From an uncultured Acetatifactor sp. (GTDB lineage Bacteria; Bacillota; Clostridia; Lachnospirales; Lachnospiraceae), in contig CAJTMX010000005.1 in the NCBI GenBank assembly GCA_910577235.1, forward strand, positions 2,080 through 66,079: a DNA stretch of 64,000 nucleotides. The letters are read 5' to 3'. The notes below the pieces were generated by a model. That model had not been told where the DNA came from, did not search any database, and saw nothing but the letters and a program-made list of their open reading frames with translations. The position numbers were made by a program, and so were the translations under genes. This document shows, piece by piece, positions 26,118 to 37,432 of this stretch. The first letter of the stretch is position 1. Each line of letters opens with the position of its first letter.

Positions 26118-26831
26118 ATGAATCAACAAGACTATAGTATTCTGGTGGTGGAGGATGATAAGGAGATACGGCAGGGAATAGAGATCTATCTGCGCAATCA
26201 GGGATATCAAGTCTATCAGGCCGCCAATGGGCAGGAAGGCCTGGAAGTAATCAGGAGCACGGAGCTGCATCTGGTGATCCTGGACGTGATGATGCCTGTG
26301 ATGGACGGTATTACGATGCTGATGAAGACAAGAGATCTGGGATATGAATTTCCGGTGCTGATGCTTTCCGCCAAGTCCGAGGAGGTAGACAAGATCATGG
26401 GGCTTAACATGGGGGCGGACGATTATATCTCCAAACCTTTCACCCCTCTGGAACTGTTGGCCAGAGTGAATTCCCATCTGCGCAGATATGGCAAGTATAT
26501 GAGTGCCGTGGGGGGCAGTGCCGCCAAGGAGCATGTGTATACACTGGGAGGTCTGGAGCTGAATGAGGACAGCGTGGAACTGACGGTGGACGGGGAGCCG
26601 GTGAAACTGACGCCTATGGAATTTAAGATCGTTCAGCTGTTGATCAAGAATCCGGGGCGGGTCTTTTCCGCCGATGAGATCTACGAGCGGGTATGGAATG
26701 AGAAAGCCGTCAACACGGACACCATCATGGTGCACGTGCGGAATATCAGGGAAAAGATAGAGATAGACCCCAAGAATCCCAAGTATCTGAAGGTGGTGTG
26801 GGGCGTGGGATATAAGATGGAGAAACAATAG
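26118..26831 (+). CDS. OmpR-family response regulator
   Basis: Receiver domain (LVILDVMMPVMDG) plus a winged-helix output domain (YLKVVWGVGYKM). Confidence 0.93.
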   Translation: MNQQDYSILVVEDDKEIRQGIEIYLRNQGYQVYQAANGQEGLEVIRSTELHLVILDVMMPVMDGITMLMKTRDLGYEFPVLMLSAKSEEVDKIMGLNMGADDYISKPFTPLELLARVNSHLRRYGKYMSAVGGSAAKEHVYTLGGLELNEDSVELTVDGEPVKLTPMEFKIVQLLIKNPGRVFSADEIYERVWNEKAVNTDTIMVHVRNIREKIEIDPKNPKYLKVVWGVGYKMEKQ

Positions 26832-26848
26832 CGGGAACGAGGGCAAAT

Positions 26849-29332
26849 ATGCGTATACCAGGAAACAAAGTACAAAAAAAGATCAATAAAGAAGAGATCA
26901 TGCAGGCAGAGACCGGGCAACCGGACGCGCCTGACCAAAAGAAGAGAAAGTGGCAGAACATATGGTGTCTGGGGGCAGCGTTGTCTCTGATCGGCGCGTT
27001 TATCATGCTGCTGCGCTGTCTGGATCTGTACCCCATCGCCAAAGAGGAGCCTTCAGTGGCAGAGATAAGCTACATCGGCGACTTTACCCGCTATAACTAT
27101 GTGCTGTACCGGGATCTTTACAACGCGGCAAACGGCACATTTCTTACCTTTGAAAATCTCTATGGCGAGACAGACGGGGGGGATCAGGAACTGGCACTCA
27201 GCGATTCCATGATAAGTCAGGGAAATGATATTTTGAAGGGCCAGGACGCCGAGAACATTGAGGACGCCAATATAGACAATATGGAGGAAATACAACGGCT
27301 CTGGGAGAAGGTGATGCAGGAGTCTGTTGTCAATGTGCAGGCCGCAATGTGGGAGGTACTGGAAGATTTTAGCGGAGATACGTCCTCGTATATGGAAGTA
27401 TTTGATTACTGGATGCAGGACCACGGGACCGGAACCATAGTGACCAATACACTACAGACAGAAAAAGGACAGGATTTTTCGGTGGAGGAATACGGAGTCT
27501 GGTTTCGGATGGATTATGACGCCGCAGGCAATCCGTCGGTGAAAAGCGGAGCCGATAAAGATGTGAACAGGCTGGCAAAGACACTTTATGAACATGCCCG
27601 CAGGGGATTGTATGACGTGTATATAGGAGATGGCAGTTTAGGGAAATATGTGCCGGAAACCGTGGAAATAAGTATGGGCATAAGAGGCTATGTACATGAT
27701 ATTGCTGAAGAAGACTCTCTGTTTCTTGGCCAGTTGGAACAGCGTGCCCGCAGTCATGGCGGTCCCAGAAACTGTACCGTGTATTATGGAATTAAGCGCG
27801 GCCAGTGGGAAACCATAGTGAACAATTACCATGGGGAAAAGGATTTTTACAATATTTACAACGAATACAGGGCAGAGGGCCTGGGCGGCGTATTTCTGGT
27901 GATCGGGATGATTCTCTTGGGAGGGGGATTTTTCTATGGCAATCCCCGCAGGGAGGACAAAAAGCTTTTGAGACATTTTTACCGTGCTCCTGCAGAGGCG
28001 GTGATTGCGGGAGCTTTTCTGTTTCCTATAGTGTTTTATGAGAAGGTTACGTTGTGGGCGACCCAATTGTATATGACTCATAATCCCTATTATTATCTTC
28101 ATACCGTGGGCGATTGGACTTGGGCGGATGTGCTGGTTTACGGACAGAATCTGGTAGTGACGGTGTGCCTGTTCTTTGCCGCCTGGTATATGGGCTGCTG
28201 TCTGGGAGAGACGCGCAGGCTGGGCATACGGGGATATCTGCGCAGGCGCATGATATTTTCACGTATCTGGGGCTGGTGCAAAGAGCGGATACGGCGGTAC
28301 TATCAGACGCTGGTGAATGTGGATATCACCAAGGACTCCCGCAGGCAGGTGATAAAGCTGCTGATCATCAACGCGGCGGTGGTGCTGTTGCTCTGCACCA
28401 TGTGGATGGTAGGCTGGTTTGGCGTGATCATCTACTCGTTGCTGCTCTATTTTGTGATAAAAAAATATATCAGCGATCTACAGAAAAAATACAGTATCCT
28501 GCTGCGGGCTACCAACGAGATCGCGGACGGCAATCTGGAGGTAAAGATAACGGAACATCTGGGAGTGTTTGAACCTTTTAAGCCCCAAATCTATCGTATA
28601 GAGGAAGGATTTCAGAAGGCTGTGGCGGAGGAGGTGAAGAGCCAGCGTATGAAAACGGAACTGATCACAAATGTATCTCATGATCTGAAGACCCCTCTGA
28701 CGGCGATCATCACTTATGTGAATCTGCTAAAGGAAGACAATGTCACGGAGGAACAGAGGGTGCAGTACTTGCAGATATTGGAGCAGAAATCTCTGCGGCT
28801 GAAGGCGCTGATCGAGGACTTGTTTGAGGTCAGCAAGGCCAACAGCAAAAATGTCACCTTGAATCTGGTGGATGTGGATATCGTAAATCTGCTGCGCCAG
28901 GTGGAATTTGAGCAGGAGGACCGGCTGGAGGAGAGAAACCTTGCCGTGCGGCTGCGCTTGCCGGAGGAAAAGATCATGGTGCGGCTGGACAGCCAGAAAG
29001 CGTACCGCATATACGAAAATCTGTTTGGCAATATCATAAAATACGCCATGGAAGGCACAAGGATCTATGTGGATCTGGAACAGACCGAAGGAGAGGTGAC
29101 GGTGCGGCTGAAAAATATCACAGAGCAGGAGATCACCGTCAGCGGCGAGGAACTCACGGAGCGTTTTGTCCGGGGAGACACATCCCGGGGCACCGAGGGC
29201 AGCGGCCTGGGGCTGGCCATCGTCCGCAGCTTTACGGAGCTGATGGGAGGACGCTTTGAGGTGACGGTGGACGGGGATCTGTTCACGGCCAGCACCACAT
29301 GGATACTGGAGCGGGATAGGCTCAGCCTCTGA
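26849..29332 (+). CDS. sensor histidine kinase with large N-terminal extracytoplasmic/multi-TM region
   Basis: H-box SHDLKTPLT and G-box GSGLGLAIV. About 550 aa of sensor region containing several TM helices. Confidence 0.9.
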   Translation: MRIPGNKVQKKINKEEIMQAETGQPDAPDQKKRKWQNIWCLGAALSLIGAFIMLLRCLDLYPIAKEEPSVAEISYIGDFTRYNYVLYRDLYNAANGTFLTFENLYGETDGGDQELALSDSMISQGNDILKGQDAENIEDANIDNMEEIQRLWEKVMQESVVNVQAAMWEVLEDFSGDTSSYMEVFDYWMQDHGTGTIVTNTLQTEKGQDFSVEEYGVWFRMDYDAAGNPSVKSGADKDVNRLAKTLYEHARRGLYDVYIGDGSLGKYVPETVEISMGIRGYVHDIAEEDSLFLGQLEQRARSHGGPRNCTVYYGIKRGQWETIVNNYHGEKDFYNIYNEYRAEGLGGVFLVIGMILLGGGFFYGNPRREDKKLLRHFYRAPAEAVIAGAFLFPIVFYEKVTLWATQLYMTHNPYYYLHTVGDWTWADVLVYGQNLVVTVCLFFAAWYMGCCLGETRRLGIRGYLRRRMIFSRIWGWCKERIRRYYQTLVNVDITKDSRRQVIKLLIINAAVVLLLCTMWMVGWFGVIIYSLLLYFVIKKYISDLQKKYSILLRATNEIADGNLEVKITEHLGVFEPFKPQIYRIEEGFQKAVAEEVKSQRMKTELITNVSHDLKTPLTAIITYVNLLKEDNVTEEQRVQYLQILEQKSLRLKALIEDLFEVSKANSKNVTLNLVDVDIVNLLRQVEFEQEDRLEERNLAVRLRLPEEKIMVRLDSQKAYRIYENLFGNIIKYAMEGTRIYVDLEQTEGEVTVRLKNITEQEITVSGEELTERFVRGDTSRGTEGSGLGLAIVRSFTELMGGRFEVTVDGDLFTASTTWILERDRLSL

Positions 29333-30212
29333 CCAGGGCGAGAAAAGCGTTCATGGCAGCGGAAGGTTTGGCCGACCTGGGATAGGCAAAGCCGATACGG
29401 CGGGGCGGGATAGGCTCTCTGATGGAACATTCCATCAGGGAGCCTTCTTTCAGCTCATCCTGAACAAATTCGCCGATCACACAGGCGATTCCCAGGCCGA
29501 TGCGGGCAAAGTCGATGAGCAGGTCCATGGTGGTGACTTCAATCTGCTGCTCCATGGTGATGTTTTGCAAAAGCATATATTTATCCATATACTGACGGGT
29601 GGCGTTGTTTTTATCCAGCAGCAGAAAGGTTCCGCGGGACAACAGTACATCGTCGCTGTCATCCTGTTTCTTTAATTTGTTCATGTATTCCGGAGAGCAG
29701 ACGAAAATATCATGAATATCCCGGATGGGCAGAAAGTCCAGGCGGCTGCTTTCCAGACGGTCGCTTTCCCCCACCAGCCCCAGCTCCAGAGTTCCGTTTT
29801 CCAGAGAGGAGATGGTCTCATAGGTGGACTGGCAGGACAGTGATATCTTTACATAGGGGTTGGCGGTGATATAGTTCTGCAGATAGGGCAGCAGCGCATA
29901 TTTGCACAGGGTGGTGCTGACGCCGACGGACAGGCTGCCCGCCCCCATCAGATCCCGCTGGCTGACGATCTCCTCCCCCTGGCGGATGGCTTGAAAGGCT
30001 GTCTCCAGATGCCGGTACAAAAGCTGACCGTTCTCTGTCAATGCAACTCCCCGGGAGCTGCGGATCAGCAGGGGAGAGGAAAAGTTTTCCTCCAGCCGTG
30101 AGATGGATTTGCTCACGGCGGGCTGGCTGATATACAGTTTTTTGGCGGCGGCGGAAATATTGCCGCACTGGGCCACGGTGTAGAAAATGTGGTATAGATT
30201 CAGTTGGTTCAT
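29322..30212 (-). CDS. LysR-family transcriptional regulator (divergent from leuC)
   Basis: HTH ISAAAKKLYISQPAVSKSISRLEE. Start set at the Met of MNQLNLYHIF (30212). The 3' end overlaps the kinase gene by 11 bp. Confidence 0.9.
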   Translation of the reverse strand: MNQLNLYHIFYTVAQCGNISAAAKKLYISQPAVSKSISRLEENFSSPLLIRSSRGVALTENGQLLYRHLETAFQAIRQGEEIVSQRDLMGAGSLSVGVSTTLCKYALLPYLQNYITANPYVKISLSCQSTYETISSLENGTLELGLVGESDRLESSRLDFLPIRDIHDIFVCSPEYMNKLKKQDDSDDVLLSRGTFLLLDKNNATRQYMDKYMLLQNITMEQQIEVTTMDLLIDFARIGLGIACVIGEFVQDELKEGSLMECSIREPIPPRRIGFAYPRSAKPSAAMNAFLALVRG

Positions 30213-30417
30213 GTCAGGTACCTCTTTTTTTGTCTGCGATGGGAGTGGCCGCGCTTTAGCCTGCGCGTTTCGGTTACATTGTTGTTTATGGGCGGAACAT
30301 TTTGCTTTTTTTATTATATCATAACGTGTGGATATGGCAAGCATGGATGATTTGAGGGCTTCATCATTTATCCTGTTGCAGGCGTTTGTCAGGAATTATG
30401 GATGGGGATCACTATGT

Positions 30418-30432
30418 ATAACTTGCGGTTAT
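30418..30432. promoter_or_regulatory. candidate LTTR box (T-N11-A dyad)
   Basis: ATAAC-TTGCG-GTTAT lies 23 bp upstream of the leuC -35. A second dyad, ATGAT-N11-ATCAT, is at 30347-30367. Confidence 0.4.
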
Positions 30433-30454
30433 GCACAATATAAATATTATATAT

Positions 30455-30483
30455 TTGAAGAATAGCCGGAAATATGTTAGTAT
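30455..30483 (+). promoter_or_regulatory. putative sigma-A promoter of leuCD
   Basis: TTGAAG, 17-bp spacer, TAGTAT. It leaves a GC-rich structured leader of about 145 nt. Confidence 0.55.
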
Positions 30484-30632
30484 GAGTGCAGATTAAAGTA
30501 GCGTCCCCGGAGCCTACGGCTCCATGTCATGGTTTCCGGGGCGCAAAGCGGCATGTTCTCCCGCGGCGCTGACTTGGGCGCAGGAGTGGACGGCGGGGGA
30601 ATATGCAAAACTCTAAACAGGAGGAAGACGTT

Positions 30633-31895
30633 ATGGGAATGACAATGACGCAAAAGATTCTGGCAGCGGCGGCAGGACTTGAGAAGGTAGAGGCGGGTCA
30701 GCTGATCGAGGCGAACCTGGATCTGGTGCTGGGCAACGATATCACAAGTCCGGTGGCCATCAAGGAGATGGACAAGATGAAAGTGCAGGGGGTGTTTGAC
30801 AAGGATAAGATCGCCCTGGTGCCGGATCATTTTGTGCCCAACAAGGATATCAAGTCTGCGGAGCATTGCAAATGTGTGAGAGAGTTTGCCAGAAAGAATG
30901 AGATCACCAATTATTTTGAGGTGGGAGAGATGGGCATCGAGCACGCGCTGCTGCCGGAAAAAGGACTGACCGTGGCGGGGGATGTGATCATAGGTGCGGA
31001 TTCACACACCTGTACTTACGGCGCGCTGGGCGCTTTTTCGACCGGCGTGGGCAGCACGGACATGGCGGCGGGCATGGCCACGGGCAAGGCATGGTTTAAG
31101 GTGCCTGGGGCGATTAAGTTCAATCTTACAGGCAAGCTGCCCAAATGGGTCAGCGGCAAGGACGTGATCCTGCATATCATCGGTATGATCGGTGTGGACG
31201 GCGCTCTGTACAAGTCCATGGAGTTTGTGGGGGACGGCATTGCCAGTCTGTCCATGGACGATCGTTTTACCATCGCTAACATGGCCATCGAGGCGGGAGG
31301 AAAGAACGGCATATTCCCGGTGGACGATAAGGCTGTAAGCTATATGAAAGAACACAGCACCAGACCCTACAAGATATATGAAGCGGATGGGGACGCGGTA
31401 TACGATCAGGAGTATACCATTGATCTCAGCGCTTTAAGACCTACCATCGCATTCCCTCATCTGCCGGAAAATACCCATACCATTGATGAGATCACGGAGG
31501 ATATCGCCATCGATCAGGTGGTCATCGGCTCCTGCACCAACGGGCGTCTGGAAGATCTGCGTACTGCAGCGGAAGTGCTCAAGGGCCGTCATGTACAGAA
31601 AGGGATGCGCTGTATCGTGATCCCTGCCACACAGGCTATCTATATGCAGGCCATGGAGGAGGGGCTGCTGAAGATATTTATCGAGGCCGGAGCCATCGTC
31701 AGCACTCCTACCTGCGGCCCCTGTCTGGGCGGATATATGGGTATCCTGGCGGAGGGAGAGCGCTGCGTCTCCACCACCAACCGCAACTTTGTGGGCCGTA
31801 TGGGCCATGTGACCAGCGAGATCTATCTGGCCAGTCCGGCAGTAGCCGCCGCCAGCGCCGTGACCGGAAAGATTTCCAGTCCGGAGCAGCTGTAG
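30633..31895 (+). CDS. leuC: 3-isopropylmalate dehydratase large subunit
   Basis: Aconitase-family Fe-S ligand motifs GSCTNGR and TCGPCLG, about 420 aa. Confidence 0.93.
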   Translation: MGMTMTQKILAAAAGLEKVEAGQLIEANLDLVLGNDITSPVAIKEMDKMKVQGVFDKDKIALVPDHFVPNKDIKSAEHCKCVREFARKNEITNYFEVGEMGIEHALLPEKGLTVAGDVIIGADSHTCTYGALGAFSTGVGSTDMAAGMATGKAWFKVPGAIKFNLTGKLPKWVSGKDVILHIIGMIGVDGALYKSMEFVGDGIASLSMDDRFTIANMAIEAGGKNGIFPVDDKAVSYMKEHSTRPYKIYEADGDAVYDQEYTIDLSALRPTIAFPHLPENTHTIDEITEDIAIDQVVIGSCTNGRLEDLRTAAEVLKGRHVQKGMRCIVIPATQAIYMQAMEEGLLKIFIEAGAIVSTPTCGPCLGGYMGILAEGERCVSTTNRNFVGRMGHVTSEIYLASPAVAAASAVTGKISSPEQL

Positions 31896-32034
31896 GACTA
31901 TGTGGTAAAACTGTTAAACAACATACATATCCCCGAGAGTATTCCATATGGGGACGCTCAAGCGGCCCTGTGAGGAACACTGGAACTGTGTGTAGGGAGG
32001 GGATAGGCGGAACTCTAATAGGAGGTATATAATT

Positions 32035-32520
32035 ATGAAAGCAAATGGAACCGTCTTCCGTTACGGAGACAATGTGGATACGGACGTGATCATTCCCGCC
32101 AGATATCTGAATTCCTCAGACCCGGCGGAGTTGGCTACGCACTGCATGGAGGACATTGATCAGGACTTTGTAAAAAAGGTACAGAAAGGCGACATCATCG
32201 TGGCGGATAAGAATTTCGGCTGCGGTTCTTCCAGAGAGCACGCGCCCATCGCCATCAAGGCGGCAGGTGTGAGCTGTGTGATCGCGGAAACTTTTGCCCG
32301 GATATTTTACCGCAACGCCATCAACATTGGGCTGCCCATCATCGAGTGCCCGGAGGCCAGCAAAGGCATAGAGGCGGGTGACCAGGTGGAGGTGGACTTT
32401 GACAGCGGTATGATCTACAACCGCACCAGAGGCACACAGTTCAAGGGTCAGGCGTTTCCGGAGTTTATGCAGAAGATCATCGCCGCGGAAGGATTGATCA
32501 ATTACATTAACAATAAATAG
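32035..32520 (+). CDS. leuD: 3-isopropylmalate dehydratase small subunit
   Basis: GCGSSREHA motif, 161 aa. Confidence 0.95.
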   Translation: MKANGTVFRYGDNVDTDVIIPARYLNSSDPAELATHCMEDIDQDFVKKVQKGDIIVADKNFGCGSSREHAPIAIKAAGVSCVIAETFARIFYRNAINIGLPIIECPEASKGIEAGDQVEVDFDSGMIYNRTRGTQFKGQAFPEFMQKIIAAEGLINYINNK

Positions 32521-32531
32521 CAGTAGAAAGT

Positions 32532-32569
32532 CGGAAGATCCGGACAGTCGGGTCTTCCGTTTCTTTTTC
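32532..32569 (+). terminator. intrinsic terminator after leuD
   Basis: CGGAAGATCCG-GACAGT-CGGGTCTTCCG (11-bp stem) followed by TTTCTTTTT. Confidence 0.88.
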
Positions 32570-32684
32570 GGCAAAATACTTTTTGCATGCTTGTTTTTAC
32601 CGAAAAGAATAGTATAATGGTCAGTGTACGGTCAACAGATATAGTGTTGTGAAAGAATGAGAAGATATCTTGGAGGAAGTATAC

Positions 32685-34052
32685 ATGAAAGATGTTTCCA
32701 TAAAAAAGAACAGATATGAGATGGACATGTGCAGCGGCGCGTTGCTGCCCAAGATCCTGCTGTACTCCCTGCCGCTGATGCTGTCGGGAATCCTGCAGCT
32801 CTTGTTCAACGCCGCCGACGTGGTGGTGGTGGGACGTTTCGCGGGGAGCGACGCTCTGGCGGCGGTGGGTTCCACCAGCTCGTTGATCAATCTGCTGGTC
32901 AATGTGTTCATGGGGCTGTCCGTGGGAACCAATGTGATGGTGGCCAGGTTTTTTGGCGCGGGACAGAAGAAAGAACTGGAGGAGATGGTACATACCGCTA
33001 TACTTACCTCTATAGTCAGCGGGGTAGTTTTGGTCTTTGTGGGACTGATTCTGTCCCGGCCCGCGTTGCTGCTGATGGATACCCCGGAGGATGTGATCGA
33101 CCAGGCGGTGCTGTATATCCGCATCTACTTTGTGGGGATGCCCGTCATGATGCTCTACAATTTCGGCAGCGCCGTGCTGCGGGCGGTGGGAGACACCCGG
33201 CGGCCGTTGTATTTTCTGATGATAGCGGGTGTGGTCAATGTGGTCCTGAACCTGTTTTTCGTGATCGCGCTGTCCATGGGCGTGGCTGGTGTGGCATTGG
33301 CGACCATCATATCCCAGACCATCTCCGCCCTTCTGGTGCTCCTGTGTCTGATGCGCACAGAGGGAGATTACCGGGTTGATCTGAAAAGGCTGCGGATCGT
33401 GAAAGACAAGATGATCAAAATGATCAAGATCGGTCTGCCGGCGGGTATGCAGGGCGCTCTGTTCTCCGTGTCCAATGTGCTGATCCAGTCCTCGGTAAAC
33501 TCGTTCGGCTCCATCGCCATGGCGGGCAACACGGCCGCTCAGAACCTGGAGGGCTTTGTCTACACGGCCATGAATTCCCTGCATCAGACCTGCATCAGCT
33601 TTACCGGGCAGAATTACGGGGCCAGACAGTATAAGCGTATGGGAAAGATTCTGATGATCTGCCTGGGCTGTGTCATAGCCGTGGGCGTGCTCATGGGCAA
33701 TGGTGTCTATCTGGCCGGGGGCGTCCTGCTAAAGCTTTATTCTCCGGATGCGGAGGTCATTCAATACGGTATTCTGCGGCTTTTCTATATATGTACCACC
33801 TATGCGCTGTGCGGTATGATGGATGTGATGGTAGGGTCCCTGCGGGGCATGGGTTACGGCATCATGCCCATGTTGGTGTCCCTGACAGGAGCCTGTCTGT
33901 TCCGGGTCGTCTGGATCATGACGATATTTAAGGCTCATCACAGTCTGGAAATACTGTATGTCTCGTATCCCATCAGCTGGGCGCTGACTTTTGCCGTGCA
34001 TCTGCTGTGCTTTTTCATTGTCTATCGCAGGGTACTGCGACAGAATGCGTAG
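32685..34052 (+). CDS. MATE-family efflux transporter
   Basis: 12-TM MATE pattern (LLPKILLYSLPLMLSGILQLLFNAADVVVVGRF). ATG 32685 lies 8 nt after GGAGG. Confidence 0.9.
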   Translation: MKDVSIKKNRYEMDMCSGALLPKILLYSLPLMLSGILQLLFNAADVVVVGRFAGSDALAAVGSTSSLINLLVNVFMGLSVGTNVMVARFFGAGQKKELEEMVHTAILTSIVSGVVLVFVGLILSRPALLLMDTPEDVIDQAVLYIRIYFVGMPVMMLYNFGSAVLRAVGDTRRPLYFLMIAGVVNVVLNLFFVIALSMGVAGVALATIISQTISALLVLLCLMRTEGDYRVDLKRLRIVKDKMIKMIKIGLPAGMQGALFSVSNVLIQSSVNSFGSIAMAGNTAAQNLEGFVYTAMNSLHQTCISFTGQNYGARQYKRMGKILMICLGCVIAVGVLMGNGVYLAGGVLLKLYSPDAEVIQYGILRLFYICTTYALCGMMDVMVGSLRGMGYGIMPMLVSLTGACLFRVVWIMTIFKAHHSLEILYVSYPISWALTFAVHLLCFFIVYRRVLRQNA

Positions 34053-34067
34053 GGATAAAAGTGTTAC

Positions 34068-34096
34068 TTGAAACATATGTTCGGGCGTGGTATACT
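34068..34096 (+). promoter_or_regulatory. putative sigma-A promoter of ruvAB (extended -10)
   Basis: TTGAAA, 17-bp spacer, TGgTATACT. Confidence 0.6.
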
Positions 34097-34149
34097 TTTA
34101 ATCACATTGGGTAAAAGAAAAATAACTTCCGGATTGAGGAGGATGATTT

Positions 34150-34764
34150 ATGTTCGCGTATGTTAAGGGAACCGTTGCGGATATCGCTCAGGACTGCTGC
34201 GTCATAGATGTACATGACGTGGGGATCAATATACATATTTCGGCCCAGACGGCGGCCCGGATGCCGGGCATTGGGCAGGAGGCCAAACTGTACACCTATA
34301 CCAGCGTTAGGGAGGATGCGTTCTGGCTGTACGGTTTCCTGTCCAAAGGGGATCTGGAGATGTTCAAACGCTGTATCACTGTCAGCGGTATCGGACCAAA
34401 GGGGGCGCTGGGGCTTCTGTCCGTTATGGACGGAGACCAGCTGCGGTTCGCAATCCTGTCTCAGGACATCAAGGCCATCTCTCAGGCTCCCGGTATCGGC
34501 AAACGCACAGCGGAGCGGCTGGTGTTGGAGCTGAAGGACAAGCTGGACTATGACACCGCGGATATCACCCGGGAAATCGCCGGAGGGAATGCGCAGAGCC
34601 AGGGAACCGCCATGGATCATCCCGGCAAGCGGGAGGCAGTGGAGGCTCTGGTGGCGCTGGGCTATGGTCAGACAGAGGCCATGAAAGCGGTGAGCCAGGT
34701 GGAGGGAGCGGACGCTATGGACTCCTCCGCCCTGCTGAAACAGGCGCTAAAGAAAATGTTCTAA
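34150..34764 (+). CDS. ruvA: Holliday junction DNA helicase subunit RuvA
   Basis: MFAYVKGTV N-terminus and HhH motifs (VSGIGPKGAL, APGIGKRTAERL). Confidence 0.95.
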   Translation: MFAYVKGTVADIAQDCCVIDVHDVGINIHISAQTAARMPGIGQEAKLYTYTSVREDAFWLYGFLSKGDLEMFKRCITVSGIGPKGALGLLSVMDGDQLRFAILSQDIKAISQAPGIGKRTAERLVLELKDKLDYDTADITREIAGGNAQSQGTAMDHPGKREAVEALVALGYGQTEAMKAVSQVEGADAMDSSALLKQALKKMF

Positions 34765-34857
34765 ACTGCAAGTTTCCAAGAACACGCGGAATCGAAGAAT
34801 GATTATCTTCCGACGGCGTCTTGCGGGAACATGTGGAACTCTTAATAGGAGGACACC

Positions 34858-35856
34858 ATGGCAAAAAGGATGATAGAGACCAATCTGACCGAGGAGGACG
34901 TGAAGATCGAGGGATCTCTGCGGCCCCAGGTACTTGATGATTATATTGGGCAGTCTAAGGTGAAAGAAACTTTAAAAATATATATCGAAGCAGCCAGACA
35001 GCGGGGGGACGCTCTGGATCATGTGCTGTTTTACGGCCCGCCGGGCCTGGGCAAGACCACGCTGGCCGCCATCATCGCCAATGAGATGGGCGTCCGCCTG
35101 AAAGTCACCAGCGGTCCCGCCATTGAAAAGCCGGGGGAACTGGCCGCCATTTTGAACAATCTGGAGGAGGGGGATCTGTTGTTTGTGGATGAGATTCACC
35201 GTTTAAACCGCCAGGTGGAGGAAGTGTTGTATCCCGCTATGGAGGATTACTGCATTGACGTGATGATCGGCAAAGGACCTACGGCCCGTTCCGTGCGTCT
35301 GGAACTGCCGAGATTTACGCTGGTAGGCGCTACCACAAGAGTGGGGCTTTTGACGGCTCCTCTGCGGGACCGGTTCGGGATGATACATCATCTGGAGTTT
35401 TATTCCATAGAGGAACTCAAGCTGATCATCCGGCATTCCGCACAGGTTCTGGGAGTGGAGATCGACGAGAAAGGGGCTGTGGAACTGGCCCGCCGCAGCC
35501 GGGGCACCCCCAGGCTGGCCAACCGGATACTGAAACGCGTCCGGGACTATGCCCAGGTAAGGCATGACGGCAGGATCACAGAGGAGGTGGCCCGGGAGGC
35601 GCTGGATCTGATGGACGTGGACAAGCTGGGGCTGGATCACATTGACAGGAATATTCTGTGTACCATGATCGAGAAGTTTCAGGGAGGGCCGGTGGGGCTG
35701 GATACTCTGGCCGCCGCCATCGGAGAGGACGCCGGGACTATAGAGGATGTTGTGGAGCCGTACCTGCTCAAAAACGGTCTTATTAACCGCACTCCCAGGG
35801 GACGTGTAGTAACGGAACACGCTTACAGGCACCTGGGATTTCAGCCTATATTGTGA
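34858..35856 (+). CDS. ruvB: Holliday junction DNA helicase RuvB
   Basis: Walker [12 protein letters not shown] and Walker B LFVDEIHR. Confidence 0.97.
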   Translation: MAKRMIETNLTEEDVKIEGSLRPQVLDDYIGQSKVKETLKIYIEAARQRGDALDHVLFYGPPGLGKTTLAAIIANEMGVRLKVTSGPAIEKPGELAAILNNLEEGDLLFVDEIHRLNRQVEEVLYPAMEDYCIDVMIGKGPTARSVRLELPRFTLVGATTRVGLLTAPLRDRFGMIHHLEFYSIEELKLIIRHSAQVLGVEIDEKGAVELARRSRGTPRLANRILKRVRDYAQVRHDGRITEEVAREALDLMDVDKLGLDHIDRNILCTMIEKFQGGPVGLDTLAAAIGEDAGTIEDVVEPYLLKNGLINRTPRGRVVTEHAYRHLGFQPIL

Positions 35857-37159
35857 AGTCCCGCAGGCTTTTCCCGGTGTACTGGAGTGCTATGCGGTTT
35901 TCGGGTTTCTCGTCCGTAAGGTAGAGCACGATAAGGAAAAACCATTCCAGTGGTTTCATCAGATAGTAGATCAGATCCGCCGCATACCGGGAACGGATCA
36001 GTTTCGCCACAGGGAATCCATAGGTGTCATATATATGTCTTACGGCCCTGTGGAACCCGGGGGTTTTTTCCTCCAATATCTGCTCAAAAGCGTTGGCTAT
36101 GCAGAGCTGCCGGTTTACGATCACCTGATGTCCGTGCCGCACACCGAGACGAGTGGGTTTTACTATGTTTTTGTGCCCGCCTGCGGCCACGGTGCAGAGA
36201 TAGTGTTCGTCGTAATGGATATTCTGGGGAGCCACTCTCTGAGAGAGATTCCAATTCGCGGTCTCCGTAAATGCCCTTATGACGGCGTCCGGCCTCTGTC
36301 CTGCCAGGAGCAGCAGAGCGACCAGGATACCCAGCAGCGGCCACATCAGCAAAAAGGCGGCGAAAGGCCAGCGCTTGGACTGTATTAGCAATCGGTTACA
36401 GGTCCGGAGCCAGGAGGAGGTCTCACAGTCGGGTCCGGGTAACTGATCCCACTCCCATATTTTGTGCCGTACTGTTCTGGCGGTAACAATCACACAATTT
36501 ATGGGGAAAAGGAGCAAATAGATATCGCCCCAAAAATCAAGTTCAGTGGGAAACACCTGTATGCCCCAGATAATGCTTTCCGCCGTTCCCAGATACATGG
36601 CGGCCATACCCAATACCGGTAAGAGGGGCGGCGCTTTTTTCAGAGATATTAAGTAATTCACGGCCAGATAGCCTGCGTATCCCACCAGCGCCAACACCCA
36701 TAGCGTAAGCGCCGATTGCGTATGGACGGGCGTGTGAACCTGGCTGTTATACAATACTTCTTCCCAGTCCGCGCCAAATTCCACACTATCCCAAAGCTGT
36801 AGATACAGAATATTGTACAGTATGCCCAAAGGTATCCCCACCACATCAAATATCCGGCCTTTACGGTAGACTTCCGGCCGTCTGTTCCCACGGATTGCCA
36901 GATAGATCTCGGCTGCCGTCAAAGCCCAGGGGTAGATTAATAAGCCGCCTATTATAGCGGTCCCTCCCAGGATGATACTGAGAAGTTCCACGATGTCGAA
37001 ATACTGTAGCGAATACGGCGAGGCAACCAATGTAGCCATTTGGATCAGCAGCGCCACCGCGATCCCTGCCAACATGGACAGCAGTGTTACAGCGATAAAG
37101 GGATGCTTTGTGAAAAATATTTTCAGCGGCTGTTTTGGTTGGAATGTTTTGGTATCCAT
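35846..37159 (-). CDS. hypothetical polytopic membrane protein
   Basis: 437-aa ORF with many TM helices and a soluble C-terminal part. SD GGAGGA lies upstream of ATG 37159. The 3' end overlaps ruvB by 11 bp. Confidence 0.68.
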   Translation of the reverse strand: MDTKTFQPKQPLKIFFTKHPFIAVTLLSMLAGIAVALLIQMATLVASPYSLQYFDIVELLSIILGGTAIIGGLLIYPWALTAAEIYLAIRGNRRPEVYRKGRIFDVVGIPLGILYNILYLQLWDSVEFGADWEEVLYNSQVHTPVHTQSALTLWVLALVGYAGYLAVNYLISLKKAPPLLPVLGMAAMYLGTAESIIWGIQVFPTELDFWGDIYLLLFPINCVIVTARTVRHKIWEWDQLPGPDCETSSWLRTCNRLLIQSKRWPFAAFLLMWPLLGILVALLLLAGQRPDAVIRAFTETANWNLSQRVAPQNIHYDEHYLCTVAAGGHKNIVKPTRLGVRHGHQVIVNRQLCIANAFEQILEEKTPGFHRAVRHIYDTYGFPVAKLIRSRYAADLIYYLMKPLEWFFLIVLYLTDEKPENRIALQYTGKSLRDFTI

Positions 37160-37327
37160 TGTGACGATATCCTCCTTTTCTGATCTTATGCCTATCTTAT
37201 TGTTTCCAGATATTTCTAACTATAACACCCGAATGATTGCCAGTCAATAATTATTTATTGATTTTCGATAAACCACTTGATATAATTATTTTTTTTCTAA
37301 AAAAGGATAAAAAATGTCGGAATGGGC

Positions 37328-37356
37328 TTGTCTGTCCGTTGGTTCTGATATATAAT
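37328..37356 (+). promoter_or_regulatory. putative sigma-A promoter of zapA
   Basis: TTGTCT, 17-bp spacer, TATAAT. Confidence 0.55.
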
Positions 37357-37432
37357 AAGAGCAATAGATGTTGTGTTTTGATAGTACAAAGGAACGCATA
37401 TATTGTAGTTTTGTGTCGGAAAGGAAAAAAAT

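Noticed and set aside
30213-30344. An N-terminal extension of 44 codons on the LysR ORF.
   Set aside because: The LysR HTH begins right after the internal Met (MNQLNLYHIF...). The extension is basic, low-complexity sequence and would overlap the regulatory dyads.
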